A DNA stretch of 64,000 nucleotides, taken from assembly GCA_002633005.1 (NCBI GenBank), contig NMRA01000147.1, forward strand, positions 186,001 through 250,000, given 5' to 3'. The notes beneath the pieces were generated by a model. That model was not told the origin of the DNA. It saw only the letters and a program-made list of their open reading frames with translations, and did no database searches. Numbering within the stretch: the first letter of the stretch is position 1; each line of letters begins with the position of its first letter. Positions 1 to 14,700 of the stretch are shown in pieces. The translations under genes were made by a program, and so were the position numbers. The stretch comes from Phoronis australis. Lineage: Eukaryota > Animalia > Phoronida.

Positions 1-573
1 CTGACATAAATACAATATTACGGAAACCATGACCATTTCATCAGGACCACCCATGCGGTCAGAGGATATGCCTCGGAACAATTTCCCACTGATTCCCTCA
101 ATCACACCATCTACAGGTCACTCGTGGAGTTGCCTGGCAACCCGTCAAGACATCGTTAATGCTTTGGTAGTCACTTAAACATTCACTAGTATGCAACATT
201 CAGTTAGTTATAAATCCCACACACTCAATCAAGAGAAATTATACCAACTACTGGGGTCTACTTCATGAAAAGTGACTCAAGACAGAAATCAAACATATCA
301 ACATACACTCCCACGTCACAATATCACCGAATAAAAGCTTTTACCACGTAATTTTAGTACATCACAGTTTCGAAATAATTTATGAGAATCATCGATACAA
401 CTAGCAGTTGTGGGTATATTTTCAAGTACCTTATACATTTGTTGAAGCGAGATAAAATTATTTTTCGGAAAAACTGTGTGAAAAATAGAGTGAATTTCTT
501 TACTTACTGTCAAGTAACTTTTTATGAAATGGCCCCTGGGGAAAAATTTTTGTTGATAAGGGAGATAACTCAC

Positions 574-716
574 ACACATCTCTAATGTACATTAACATAG
601 ACACAAACAGATAGTCAACAAGGTCGAAGCTGATGGTGTCGGCGAAGATGGCATCCCAGACTGCCAGTAGATCTTGCATAGGAAGCTCTCGACCAAACAG
701 TAATCGCACCCATCGA
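574..716 (-). CDS. TBC1D5: TBC1D5 exon RWVRLLFGRELPMQDLLAVWDAIFAD...MLMYIRDV
   Basis: tttacag acceptor, GTGAGT donor; strong motif match. Confidence 0.96.
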
Positions 717-3700
717 CTGTAAATAAATGTTATATGTGTTGTGCTGTATTGTCAGACAGTTATCAGGCATTATTAGGTACATTGATTTCACAAAATTAAG
801 GCCCATTCATAACAACTTAACTGCAGTATTAGAGGAACACTGCAAAGTGCATGGAACCATTCAGACTGGTTTAAGCAGTTTGATGCATCGGTCATAGAAG
901 TGGTTGTAAGATGGCGCCACGAAAACATTATGCAGGCTCAATTTTTTTAACATGACTTTATTTATTTAGTTATCTCATACATTGTCAGACAATGAATGAA
1001 ATGAAGTGCTTATGGTGATGGAATGATGAATTTTATTAAATAAAATAATATCGAAAATACTACACGATGACAGCGACACCTGTTGGCAACTCTGATGACA
1101 CCATTGTTACGATTTCATTTGGCATCAAGGCATCAAAGCATCAATGCTCTGCTCTGCTGTTAAATCCACCTGCTTGCTGCAAAATAAACTTGCGCTCCTA
1201 GCCTTGACCAAAGACTACTTGAAAAGTTCGGCAAAAAACTAAATGACGCACTAGAAACTGACAGCGAAAACAACCTTGGCGTGGGAAGAATTTGCTGGGT
1301 TCGTAACAAACCCTGCTGCGCCAACACAACTTGAAGTACCCTGCTGCGTCATTTGATAAACGGCCATTGGGATCACAAACCACGCAACATCATTGGACTT
1401 CAGCCAACCACAAAACAGGGACATTCTCGGTGAGAAAAGTAATTTAATTTACAGAAATTATCAGGACAGCGGAATCCAATCTACTACCTCAGTAACCGCA
1501 GCTGAACACACTGCCACTGAGCTAAGTTCCATTTCCTAACTAGGAAAGTATTTTAAGTGTACTTAATAAATGGTTAATGATTTCTGATCAGCTGATGTAT
1601 GACAAACAATGTCGAGAATAGGCAATTTGTAATAAAATCACAAAAAACCACCTGACTTTGTTGTTTTATAGCTTTGGCCAAAGGTAATAAGTTCAAGAAG
1701 TCTATCTCAAAAATGCAGCGCCATCCTTCAAAATTGTCAGTTTGGCTCAGATTTTGGGATACCCTCTCTCGTTTGGCGAGTTAGCATTCTGGTTATTGAT
1801 GAAACAACAGCCAAGCGGAGTTCATTGATTATTTTTTAGTTAACATACAACAAACAACACTAGAAAGACCGTGGTTCAGCAGCATTAGAGACTTTTCTGA
1901 ATCATGAACGAAAGCCATGGACTCTTTTTTTATTTACTTGACCAACACCTAAACTTACATTCCATATATCTGTGGCGCAATATCAAGTCTCTCTAAATGC
2001 ATATAGAGTTCACAGTCGTACTTCTTGAGAATATAGTCCTGTATCCGCGTCAGTTTGGTCACGATGGCATTAGACGGGTTCAGTTGGTCGGTTCGTGAGA
2101 AAGGCTGGATGTGAGCTATGCTGGTTGTGGCTGGCTAGGTTAGGGAGTGACACAGCATAACATATTAGAATAACTACTCCTAATGGATATTACACACTGT
2201 ATAATCTCACCAATTTAGGATGCAGTATGGCAGATACACAAGTAAGTGATATTCTAGTCATTCACATTTTTCATGAAAGATAAGTAGCACACAATAAAAG
2301 GCTTCATTAGTCTTCACGTGTTGTCATGGCAACTATTGGAACTTTGTTTCGAGAACCTGTGGGCACCCATAACAATGTTATTGGAATTTGAAATATGAAA
2401 AAAGACCAATCTTCGCAACTGCTTTTGTCTGAAGTTGGTGAGATTTTACTGCAACATCTGTGAAAGTTGCATAAAAGTTATACACCGAATAACGACGATG
2501 ACGTCAACATACTATCAAACCTCACGCTGTCATGTGGCGGCATGCAACAGTAATCTAACTTATCCATTGGGTAAGCGTTCGCGTTTTAAGCATCGCAGCT
2601 CTGAACCATACTGCCAATAGGTTCGAATAGAGACATGGTAACAACTGTTCCAGTCAGTACAGTAGAGAAGACCAATTCTAAATGGTCAAAAATCCAACAA
2701 AACTAAATATCAGTGCTGCATTTCGCCATGCCAAACTGGGTGAAAAAGAAAAATTGAAAAAGGCCTCGACTTGTAAAATTGGTCTCGTAATATTGCTTAC
2801 TGTGAACTTTGACAGGATTCAATTTCCACAACGAACAAGAACATTGGTATCGGACATGAAATCTTATCACTGCATCGAATATTGAGAGACCCATTTTACT
2901 CAAGGAGAAGGCTTAATTTGATTTTCATTTTTAACAAGTGACTCAAGGTAAAATGCAGCCGGTTAGTATGGTTCGTACCACAAAAAGACTTTAGTATATA
3001 AAGCATTGCAATAAGCTGGGGAAAAACAGGAAATGTTTGCCTAACTCTACTATTAACTTGGAATATCTTGTTTTAAACAATGGCTAGTGTTTAGTGTTTT
3101 GATTTATACTTTGCGACGGCACCAAGAAATCCAAGTCATGAAATAAGACACTTCTTGTTTTCTATGGTTATACTGACAGAAGCAGGAGCTGAAAGTGTTA
3201 TTCTTGGTTTAATAAACCTCATGACTTTATTCTTACTACATCTTTACTTTGAATTCAGCCAAATTTGACCGAACCCACCAGTGCTTAATGTTACACTAAA
3301 TTTGTATTCATTATCTCTGACAGTAAGAAATGCTCAACAAGCAATACAAAACCATTAAAAATACATTTCTAGTTACACAATAAACACATTGGTGTTCTTA
3401 AAAATTGGCAGATTTGTAAGCACAGTATACTGATGACACAACGTATCGGATATGGATTTAAGCCTCTTCTTAAAAGTAGCATCTTTTACACTGAGGCATT
3501 TTCAATTTAATTCAATGTTCATGACAATCAGACATAAATTATTCATTAATAAAAAACACTTTGTCTAGTAAGTATCTACCAGTGTCCACACTCTGGTAAA
3601 ATACTCTTAAGATTTAAATTGAAATAAACAAGTATACACAAGACAAATCACCTGATGTTTCCTTGGGTAGAACTCTTTGGAGACATACCACAGCTCAACT

Positions 3701-6700
3701 GTGTCCATCACCTGGCAGAAGAGGGCGCTACAAGCAGATCCATTACATGGAGAAAACAAGGAACAATGGTGGGTGCATGTAACAGCTATTACATTTAGGG
3801 ATAAAAACATTGAAACGAGAGCAAATAAACTTATGAGGCGATGTGCATTTCTCAATTTCCAGGATTACAGTATGGTTTAAGTGGAAGTTACTGACTGCTT
3901 CCATCACTTTGAGCTTGGATGAGGGTACATTACGGCATTCTCCCGTTCAGTGACTTTACAAGACGTAGAGGATTGTGAGCGTGTGATAACATCTAGCTCC
4001 TTTGTTAACTGCCAAGCACAGTCTTTTGTCTGGTATGACAACAAGCAGGCCAATTATCTACCAGGCTTATTACAGACCATGTGTGAACACAGTCAAACTC
4101 AGTGCAAATTGGCCCTCGGAAAGAATAGATTGTTGCAACTTCGGTTGTAGTTGGGCAATTTTGGCGACTCAAAAACTAAACATGATCACCAATAGTACGA
4201 TAATATTGGAGATTAGAGCAATTATCGAACAAAAGAGAGTTGGTCCTCCAACCATAAATGTCAGAATGGAGTTAATCAGTTGTGTAACATATTGGCTACA
4301 TGGGTCATCTTCCCAACTTGTTGTCTGGCTATAGGACCGAACAAGTTGGCATCTATGGCCAAAAGGCCACACTGAACTTGTCCTCACAATAGCTTACAAT
4401 TTTGTCAATGGTTGTAAAACATGGGTGTCATTCACACATAGATCAGTGAAAGTAGTTCTTTTGTGAACCCTGCTCTTAGTCATACAACTGCCCTACTTAG
4501 ACTGCCCAACTAAACAGCTTAAGAAAGTTACTAAATAATTTCATAAGGTTGGTAGAGTACACATAGATTAATTCTTATTTAACCAAGCAAAACCTTTTAC
4601 CTTGACAGTTTTGGCTGCTCACCATTGGAAGCTATAGCTATTGGACACTAGGTGGCGTGGTGAAGAGACTGCTCCAAATTTTAGATAACTTATACCCCCA
4701 TCATCCCTGTTCATAAATGAGCCACTTTTTCTGACTCAGATACTCAGACAGACTCTTATCCATATGGATATTGAAACATTTTCCGGCTCAACAGGACGGA
4801 CATATTTCCAGTTAATTACATGATTAAAGCCAAGGGCATGATCAATCACTGCAGATTTGTTAATAGTATTCTGAGACCATCTACTCTCTGAACGTGTGAA
4901 CTTAACAAAGGTTACATGGTCCTTAAGGATTCTGAATAGCCCAGCCCAGAATGTATGACTGGATTTGCTCCAGCACACGTGACTTATTCAAGTTTGTAAC
5001 TCATTTCTAATGGCTATATCCAATAACCACTTTAAACAAGGCTTCATACTCACTAGGCGTCGTGTTCCAGATAATCTGGGTTAAGTATCTCCTGGATAAT
5101 TGTTCTGGAATACACAGAAATTGACAAATAAAACACCTACCCCTGAATCTTGTTGGTCGACTTCAAAAGTGAGGGTAATAGAAATTTAAAATTAAAATTA
5201 CTTTGCCTAAACATGGCCAAAACACCTTAAATGGAAAATTCTTTTTTTTTGAAAAAATACAAGCTCGCCTAAAATAACTTTTTTGCTCCAAAATACTTCA
5301 GTGGCAAGTTAGCAAGTTACCTGTAAAACATCGTAACAGGTGGCATACAAATTATTTTGCATAGATTGAATTCAAAGCATTTTTAATGATAGACAATACA
5401 GAAAGATCATAATTCGACGAACATTATATACTACAATGACAGCGAACTTACAGATTTGAAAAATTAGCACGCAAGCTTTAACAAGGTAAGACAAAAGTCA
5501 GGCACAAAGATTACAAAGAGCACCAGCAAACAAAATATAGTGTTCAACCTGACCCAGAATGCATTATACAATATTTGCTAAGTAATTATTAATCGAATGT
5601 ATAGACATTCTACTTAATAAGCAACAATGCGCAGAAGGGTTGAAATGCCTTATACAGTCGCATCTTCAAATAAATTGTTAACATTTCAGCAATCAAAACG
5701 CCGGTGTGTTAGCAAACACAGAGTTTGTTTCACCTTTCACCACGATGGAAGACACATTTCCAAATGACACAGAACGTTTTGTTACAGTGACGCTTAAGCA
5801 GAAAATTATTTAACTATAATTCCTTGCTAAAAACTAAAATGGCCAACAGGAGGTGCTAGCATAATAAACTATATGACATCATACAATAAGAAATACACCA
5901 AGTATGGTAAACGTAGTTCAGCTTGGCACACAAAATAATTGACAAGCGCAATTTTATTTTGTCCAAATTTTGAGCAAAAAAGAACCAGGGAAGAAAATTT
6001 TAGTCTTCTGTCGGCACATTTTTACAAACTGCCGCCAAACAACATTGTAAATTTTAGTACCTCGCGCATGCAATATAATTGTCGAGCGTTTGAAAAACAA
6101 TTTATTTTTGTCCCAAACTGAAAGACATTTACCGAAGCCCACAATCATAGAAAAACTAACCTGAAAGGTTCTCGTATTTGGCTGTAATAATTTAATACGA
6201 TGGTCACGTTTTAGTATCAAAAACAAGTGATTGTGAAGATGCAGTGGAGCTCAGAGACCTCTGGTAGTGGTTACTGTGTTACTCAACAGGTGTCAGCAAC
6301 TACTAAATGCTCCCACTTTTTGAAAAATCTTGCAATGAACTTTTATGTTAAATAATAGACAGAAACTAAGTTAATAAGACTCCTGAAGTAATGGTATTAG
6401 GTGCATTTTGTATCCAGTCAAGGTTCATATGTTGAATTTGTAAGCGCTTTGTATCCCTACCAGTCAAGGTTCATATGTTGGATTTGTAAGTGCTAACAGT
6501 CTGTGGCAAAATAGCAATTGTAACATGTCAAGGGAATAAATGAAGATAATCGACATGATCATTCATCATTACATCCAAATGGAACTCCAACAAATCAGCC
6601 TCATTTCAAACAAAAAAACCCAAAAAAGTAAGAGATCATGAATCTTTTATACTAGTTGAAGCCAAACATATTAGAGCACTGTACAGTCAAATCACGTTAC

Positions 6701-9700
6701 GATGAGCCCTGTCTATATTGTTCACTTCTGGAAGTCCCATTTTTCTCTAAAAACACAAAATACCTTTCCTACACTTCGTTCTTAACGAACACCAACGCAA
6801 TGTTCACAAAGTTATAACATACCAATTTCAATGTTGCATTGGGTAACTTCATCAACTTTACCAATGTACAGCGTGCGATGCACAAGCACATAATTTATGA
6901 TGTGTGGCTGAGTACGTGGTTGGACACCCGTAAATTATGAAAAATGACAGTTCTGTGGTTTTTATTCTCTCTAAAAAGTTGATTATTTCATTTACTAACT
7001 TGGGTTACAATGAACTTCTTCCACAGGCCCTCGCAGGTTCATTGTAATGAGGCTTGACTGACTACTCCACACCCCAAGAATAGGCACACACTCACCCAAC
7101 AGATTCCATTTCTAACGCGTGTAAGAAGGCTTGATGATCACAGTGGAGTATGAATATCAATGGGGCCAACAACTCATGCATTCCCTAAAGCAAAAGTAAC
7201 AAGACAAAAATAAGTGCAACATAAAGATTAAGTATGGCAAACTGAGACAAAAATATGTGCCTAGCCTGATGGCAGACAATATTGAGCAACTGGGAAAATT
7301 CAATAAATCAGAATACATACACCAGTTTATGAACATCATTTTTCCAACCGGGCCTTAGCAACTGACGTAGAAAATAAAGCATTGGAAAATGGAATTCGTT
7401 TTTCACATGGTTATATGTGCCCAGCTGCTAAAATGTTCTTCAGATAACAGTTAACTTGTCATGGACTTTAAAGTGTAGTCTATTCTGTACTTAAAGGTTG
7501 CAATTTTTTTGTGAAGAAACTTATGAATGAATCAGGTGATGTTCCTTTTCTAATTCACGTAAGTCTCAAACCAAAAGTGGACATGGCAAATTTTTAGGAA
7601 ATCAGTGTTCTCCACAACTAGTTTCTACTTGTTGACATGTCGAGTTGGAATTTTGCCTTGACGAGTTTGGCTTACTTGCGCCGAGTTTAAAAACCTAGTA
7701 TGCAACAAGTTTTAGGTATTGGGGTATTAGTTGTTTCTTAAGCAAATTAGGTGATTGTGGATTTTTGGTACCAGTCCAGTGCATTTACTACAAGACTTAA
7801 CACAAACTTCCCACAGTATGGACAATTATTGGACTGACGAACACGATAATTTCAAACGAGTTTAAACTTTCTGTTGTGGAGACACCATTGATTAAGAGTG
7901 GATGCCTAATCGGGCATGCAGCTTCTGCCTGTGTTTTGTAGTCTTTCTAACTGCAAAGCAATGTTAGCAACACTAACTGTCCCTATGTGAGCTGAGTTTC
8001 TAAGCAAGCAACTTTCGATCCACTCCATTTGTACCAGTTTCACAGATTGGACAACAGAATAAAGAAACAGTGAAAGCCTCAAACTATATAACAGAGCACT
8101 ATGTAATGCATACACTATAATTAAATTATTTTCATAATTAATAGGTAATCTATTCAAACAACACCTCGATAGTCAAAGCCCAATTCTCCATTTTTTTCAC
8201 ATGGAATGAGATAGGTACAAACAGCTGTTTGACTTTTAATCTTACCAAAATCGACTAACCTGTTTGTAACAAAGTCTCTCATTTGTGCGTGCATAGCAAA
8301 ACAAAATATTGCTCATCAAATCGTGAATCCCATCTGTGTGGAAAAACTGAAGTTCGGGAAAACTGAAGAGAGAAAATATGGGCAGTCTGCATACAAAGCA
8401 ACCAAATAACACAAATCCAACTAATGCAACAATTACAGGGCCTGGTGCCAGGTGCTTGTGATTTTCAACTCTGTTTCTTTCTAATAGTAATTGGTCACTT
8501 GTTAATCCGCACATTCCTTTTATCAAACAAATTATTTTACCTAAAATGTTTGTTATAATCCTTGCACAAGACATGGGGTGGGTTGTTTCCAAAACTGTCT
8601 GTTTTGTGTTTGCAAAAAAGTATTTGGTCATCGATGGCTCCACCAAAACTAGACATTTCAGAAAAATCTGAAATGTAGTCTCAGCAAAATGCATCACTTT
8701 GTTTTTGCTTTGATTTTTACTTGTTACATTTCAACTCACTTCAAACATGCTGGCAAGCTGTTGAAAACACGATCTTAATTATATTAAGCAAAACTGAAGG
8801 ATGACAGCTGCAATTGAGATGAACCTCATCAATATCTTAACAGCAGTGTCTACGTTATAAATAAACAGTTTTCAGTTTACCACGGAACTTGATTTTGCAG
8901 TCCAATGGAGAGCAAAAACAAATGGCAGTGATACTACAGTTTGAAAATCTCAGTCTTATTGCCTCATGTAAAGCAACAAAGTCTTAAAATGTAGTGGATT
9001 AAATGACACCTGGCAAGTGACCCCTAGTAAAGAAGTGACTACGGAAAAGCAATGTGCTACAGTAAAATCTCACAAATTGAGGGCACAGTATGTCACACAA
9101 GTGTACATTGTTTCTTCGTTTTTTTCCATAAAATGTAAGTATCCCCAAATAAACAAAGTAATATCATTTTCCAGTTCTATACCATAAGCACGGTCAGACA
9201 ATATGATAAATTGCGAGCAATCGCAATGTAAAAATAATCAATTTTGGCAATAAATTTTATTCAAAATTGGTGAGATGTTACCGTACTTTCTGAAAGAGGA
9301 AACTGGTGACAACATTGAATAGCACAACACAACACAACAGTTTTACATTTAACTGGGCGATCTATCATGCTTCATCAATAACTTACTGCTTGGAATCAAT
9401 CTACAGGGGGTTGTTTCTTGAGAAGTCTATTGTCTTAACTTTTTGCTATGAGTCTACGCATGGCTTAGCCTGTTCCACAAAATCAAGCTAAGGCTAAAAG
9501 TCAGAAATCAGTTAAAGCCAAAGACAGAAATACGAAGCCTGCTCTGGAGCAAACTAAACGGCAAAAGACAAAAAAAACCAACTTTTTGATATAAACTCAT
9601 CGCGAAACAGGATGCACAAACAGAAAAGCATTAAAGACCTATAAAAAGGTCTGCTCCAAAGTTTTTGAATTCAGTACAGAGAACTATGATTAGAACTGAG

Positions 9701-11672
9701 AAAATTTAAGTTACAACTCACTAGCAAAACTGAACTGTTTTATCAAGTAGTTATTTACTGATGAAACTTGTCTCTCAGAAGCATGAATAAACCATTCAAC
9801 ACAAGGCACAAATGGAACTGATTTCAACACATTTTGGTCGAAAAAGATTCAGCAAAAATTACGTTGAAGACACAGTTTAAGAGATATAGCCCCCACTGTC
9901 CTATATGCAATACCTCCTGTGAATATTCCCCATTCCCACTGACATATTTCCAATGCAGTATGACATCTTAAAATCTTTTAAGGTTTCGTGCACCAAGCAG
10001 TAAGCCATATAACGTTTCCAAACAATAAATAAAACCAAGTCTTTTTCACAATTAATGTGAATCTTCCTCGACCATACAACAACATGTAAATGAACATTTT
10101 AAAGTTTCTCAAATAACTGAACTGCGCTTTTTGAAAATTAAGATCTTAAATGCCAATGAATGTCTCTCCGTACCAAACTCTCTCATTTTTTCCACTTTTT
10201 AAACACTGAACTTATCCAGTGTTCGAAATACAGAAAACGTTGCAGTACTGTGACTATAATTAAATGTTATTTTTTAAAGAATTTTACTTTGACTCCCACT
10301 GCGCAGTCCCACTTAGAGAAAATGTAAAATGGTCAAGACGACATGCTGGGTGGCTACACACGACACAATGCTAGCTCAGACCTGCCGGTAGGAAATGTCC
10401 GGTTTGAGTTTAGCAAACACGAACAAGATGTCCACCATCAGATTGCGGACCCTGTTCTGATGGAAAAACTCAATTTTGGGATAGCTGGAAAAGTGCAGTA
10501 CATGAAGTATGGTTAGTGTTGACATTGTTTTTTTCAGGCCACATAGTCAAGACTAAGGTCAAAAGGAAAGCAACTTATGCCTCGTTCACATAACACTAGT
10601 CCAGGTTCAAGAGTCAAATGAATGCAAACACAAGTTCATCTGGAACAATTTGACACTACACAATCATGCAATTTTGACACTCGTTTACACCACCTTAGAA
10701 GGCGGTGCATATTGTTCCAGATCAAATTGTTCCTGATATAAATTTCAGTGCAAACCCACTGGGAACAAAACGGGAGCAATACAGAGCCAATTGTGCGCAA
10801 TTTCAGTGCAATGTAAATCAAGCATTATGATACTGAGACGTATAATGCGATGAAGTTTTGATATACAATGGCCACACCTTCTTCAGCAAAATAAAGGCAG
10901 ACAGCCACAATAGTCCAGGATAGAGATTTTAAAAAATGCTCTGAAAATATTATACCCATTTAAACATCCAGTCACACTAGTCTTTTTCATTATAAATAAT
11001 ACTCCATTAAGAGTTTGCACTGAAAACACATGGCATTGTTGCAAAATAGCAGTAACCATAGCGATAATTCACGGAAATCCATCACTCAAAGTCTTGAATG
11101 GCATGTACTTAACAACTGCTTAATGCACTCAGTTAATAACACGTTTTGCCAATCTTACAGTGAAGTTAGAATCAACTAAAGTTCAATGCTAATAACTTAC
11201 GTGCGTATAACGTCTTGCTTGATGGTAACTTTTAACTCATTGTCTTGAAAGAACTGGTTCCAGGGACTCTAGAAACAGATGAATATCAGTGCAATGGTTT
11301 ACAAAAACTGAGAAAAAATCAATTTCAACATATCAAATTTGTTTTGAACTATTTACAGTGTGTTTAATGTCTGTGATCACTTCAAATGGAGGCACTTAAA
11401 ATTTAACTAAGAAATATTAAATAAAAATCTATGTCCTTTCACAATAGTGTATTTGTACCATGCCAAATATTTACGATCTTGAGCACAATCCAGGATCAAA
11501 GCCAGCAAAGTTAACACAGTACTGTTTAATTAAGTATTTGACTTGTTGGTTATCAAACACATTGTTACTGGGTAAAATTTAAAAAGCAAGGGGCAGCAGC
11601 AGCAGCAGCTACAGCAGGCAGCAGCAGCAGTAGCAACAACAGCAGCAGCAACAACAGCAGCTACAGCAGGCA

Positions 11673-11715
<43 letters not shown>

Positions 11716-14700
11716 GCATTACATGCAACAACAGCATCAGCAGCAAAGATAACGAGCTAATGATAATTAATTACAACTACAATACCTCGTCATGCTGGGA
11801 TAAAGGATTGTTGAGGTGAAGGTCATCCTCATCTTGGTGTCGTGGATTGACAATCACCTGAAATGGAGAGCTGTGCTGTTGAAGTCTGTAAGAACTTTAT
11901 TTTCAAGCAAGAGAGGGATAACCAATTCATACACCGATATCTGTTCAGTGCTTTGCGTTCTGAAAACTTGCTGTCATTGGCTTGCACCTAGAAAATTTGA
12001 ATTCAGTTTCAAATTAAATAAAAAAATATAATTCTAAGGCCTGTAAGGCAAGAATATACATAAACCCTTCAACTAACCATTTTCCTCTTTTGAAAGACAT
12101 CAGACATCTTGCAAGAATGGGCGTTCCATGAAATCCGTCTCAAACATTAGAACGACGGTTGAGGAAACAAAGACAAGTCCAGAAGCGATAACTTTCCCAG
12201 CCGTATTTAATCAACAAATGCGACATGAATACACATGATAACCACGTACAAGCCAGGGAACTGAGAGAAGAGGAAAAACAGGAGGAAAGAAGGAAGCCCA
12301 ACAAAATTAATTGTGCGAGATCCAAAACTACTTCACAACATTCAATATGGCAACTCTTCTGCCATTCCAACAACTCCTACAAAGAAGACGATGAATTCTC
12401 CTAAGGCCTAGGCTGTTTTATCAAAAGCTTAATAATAGGCAAGTGGATCAGTAATGAACATCCTTATAGTGTTTCTTATGTTCAGCAACAATGCCAACTG
12501 CAAGTATCAATTGAAATTGTGATAATTCAAGATGGCGCTAAGCCTGCCATCTTCCATCACATTTCATACAGATCACACAATGTTATGAAATTGATCTTAT
12601 AAGTTGTTCCTAATTTCAAATTTGAGGTGATCTCAGGGCTTCAAAAGACCTCACAGTTTGTTACTGATTGAGATGATGCTGTACAAGATGACTTGTCACA
12701 ACGTGTCAGTTTTCATTACCCAGGATGGTCTCGGGGAATGCCAAACAGTCAGTTTTTTGTGAACCCAGAAATAGAGAGAGAAGTAGAGAACAAGTTGAGG
12801 ACAAATTCAGTGGTCTAAATTGACAGTTCACTTCTTGGATAGAACACAAGTTTCCAATGACTACTTTTAATATACCTACCGACTCTTTAATCTCTGAATA
12901 TTTCTTCCTTGAATTGTTTGTATATGTGACCCACTCTTCAACGGACTCAGGAAGAACCTCAAGAAATAACTAAAAAAACAGATGAGAGAAACAATTCTTT
13001 AATCACTAAAAGCATCTGGTGTGCCAAAAACCAAGTCATTTCACCCTGGCCTATCAATAAAAATTATCAATATTGAACTGTATCGGTAATTCTTAACAGC
13101 GTATAGCCCTAATCACACTCTCACCCCACTGCACTATTTAGGTCCAAAACTGCAAATCCCCATTTGAGGTAACTCTCTACTTATGTCACACAATAATGAT
13201 TGCCGAAATGGTTATTTCTTCATTTTCCTAACCCTGATAACCTCTTTGCAAGCAATGGAAATTTTAGCAAAATGTTTTTCCATGACAGCTACACACAATA
13301 ATGCATGCTTGTTACAGACTAAAATGTTTTTAATCTTTATTTTTTCAGAGAAATTTAACAGAAGAGCATTTCATTTGTCTGCCGTAATGTGTGCGGAATA
13401 AGTGAAGCACTAAACGTGTTACATCAAAATATATACAATTTATCCACAACCAGTTGGCCGCGACCCTCCCCCCATAACTCACCCGCCAGGCTATGCTCCT
13501 AAATCTACAGCTTCTCAGCCCACTGTCCACACTCAACCTTTTCAGACTCGTCAAGTAGTTAGGCTTCATAAACAGATTCTCCCACTCAGTGCTAAAGCAG
13601 ACAAAACATAAATCGACAATCACGGTGTTGAATTTTACTTTCCAGCTACACACCAAAGTCACTCAAACATGCTTTGAACCCCACAATTGAGATTTTACAA
13701 CTGACGTCTCAAAATATTTCTTGATAACCTACAGTTTAAAGGAGCTAAAATCCCCAATACGTTTGTGTACCATGTAGAACAATGGGAAATTGTACAAGCA
13801 ATACTTTTAAATAAATTAATTACTAAATTGGTTTTAGCCATGTATTATTATAGTACACAATGTGTAATAAAAAGCAGGTTAAATTTATGCAAACCCTGAA
13901 AATGTTGTGCAGTTGAGAAGTTGTTAGACTACATTATCAGTGACAGTTATCTCTAAGAAAATTAATGATAACAAACTGCACTAACACGCACAGAAGAGTA
14001 AACTATTACCAAGAGTAAACTTTACCAATTTTGGACAAAAAATATAATATTTCTTATCAAACTTGATCTTTTCTCACAGGGCAAAATGCCACTTTAACTC
14101 ACCAGTAAGAGTTGGAGACACTGGTGCTGGTGGATGATCCATCTGTGCAACCATTAGTGTCTGTGGTAGGGCTAGAGTCACTTCCTCTGTCTGAGCTAGA
14201 GGTCTCTGCTGTTCCTATAGCTAAAATACAAGAGATGCGATTGGTCATTGAGGCTGTCTAGTGCCTTGCGTGCTGAGTGAGGTGACAGAAAATCACGCTC
14301 AGCCTGGTGAATGAACATGTACATAGGCTTGTCTGCCATCTTCATCTTGAACATTCCATTTTGTAAGTGGAAACAAACTGATTCACGTCTGTTTACCATA
14401 TAAGTAGACAGGGGATTAAGGTCTGTTAAAACCAATATTTTGAAAAAGAACCAACAGGATTATCAAAAAGTTACAGATATGGAATTGCCTAAACACTCAA
14501 GATTGTCCCAAACTCATTTTTCTTCCTGACAACCGGCTATGCTCAAGTTTGGAGCACATTGTAAAATTTTAATGTTGTCGATAAAGATTCGGTGCTTTGC
14601 AACATCGATCATGCTTTCACAAAGTCCATCCCGGGATCAGTATCAATAGTCACTGTGTTAGTTACCCCTCGATACAAAGAAAAACAAACTAATTATTTCA

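Noticed and set aside
11594-11745. Possible polyglutamine coding tract
   Set aside because: It lies within a TBC1D5 intron on the opposite strand, with no supporting ORF or splice sites.
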